64,000 nucleotides of DNA. Origin: Heptranchias perlo (lineage: Eukaryota). Each line of letters opens with the position of its first letter. Positions within the stretch are counted from its first letter, which is position 1. The notes under the pieces were generated by a model. It did no database searches. It saw only the letters and a list, made by a program, of their open reading frames with translations, and was not told the DNA's origin. Positions 63,245-64,000 of the stretch are shown one piece after another. The stretch spans positions 82,274,001 to 82,338,000 of the forward strand of contig NC_090326.1 of assembly GCF_035084215.1 (NCBI RefSeq). The letters run 5' to 3'. The position numbers and the translations under genes were made by a program.

Positions 63245-64000
63245 CATGCTTGTGTGGGAAATTCCAGTTATACCACATCATAAAGCGGCATCATAAAGCA
63301 AAGCCAACCTATTTTCTCTGGCTAGTAAAATTAAAAAACTATTGATTAAAATTGACTTTGCTCAGTTAAAGACCTATTGCAAATAACCTCACCAGCCATG
63401 TCACATGATAACTGCGGCTGACTGTAAGATGTTTATTGAAATCTAAAGATTGGAAATTCCCAAACGTATGTGACAATTATGTTATAATAGAATTAAAGAA
63501 GAAAATGTAGTTGTACTGAATATTCCAGTGTTTACCAACTTAATGGCCCAGAATTTGCTGTAACAGCGCCCGCAAGTTGGACTTGCCCGTGCTCGTTTAA
63601 TTTCCATGTGATTTTGTGCTGCAAGTTGCTGGAAGTATGAGATGGAAACGGCATGACGCCCTCTACAGGGCGTCTGGGATCTGTGTGACCAGGGCAAGCA
63701 ACTGTGTATCTCCTTAACCAAACAGATTGAAGGATTGTTAAATGAACAGCGCAGCATCTGAACAAGAAAGTGTAAGTTAGAATAGTGAATTCAATGTCAA
63801 ATCAGGTACAGAAAGAGAAATAGAGGGAAAGAAAGATTGGATTAAGAGAGATAAAAAGGAGACTGACTGAAAAAGTTTTAAAAAATTAACATTTTAAAAA
63901 AAAATCTCCAATAACAATTAAAACCTGAAGGTATGAGTCTCCACACTTGTAATAGTTACATTTCAGTGCCAGAGAGGTTGTTTGGCAGTAATTAACACTT

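Overview
Eukaryotic, vertebrate genomic DNA. It is most likely from a cartilaginous fish (shark-like); this is inferred from the repeat landscape, not shown directly. The window lies inside a class IIa histone deacetylase gene, best matching HDAC9, on the minus strand. Nine phase-consistent GT-AG coding exons (953 nt in total, 60986 down to 21247) encode the 14-3-3 site region and most of the deacetylase domain. The flanking exons lie outside the window. The introns carry many CR1 LINE fragments (some nested), a second CR1/L2-group LINE family with an A tail, old L2 remnants, and tRNA-derived SINEs (Deu-domain and an LF-SINE-like copy). They also carry three Penelope-like insertions with minimal hammerhead-ribozyme motifs, one near-complete PIF/Harbinger transposon (transposase plus a spliced Myb/SANT gene), two decayed Harbingers and many Harbinger-type TIR/palindromic MITEs. 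Repeat-free islands rich in TF motifs are candidate conserved enhancers, as expected at the HDAC9-TWIST1 locus. Most short ORFs in the track are spurious or transposon-derived. I see no prokaryotic-type system and no clearly unprecedented system. The best leads are the intronic hammerheads, the shared architecture of the Harbinger derivatives and the enhancer candidates. Repeat boundaries are approximate and read by eye.
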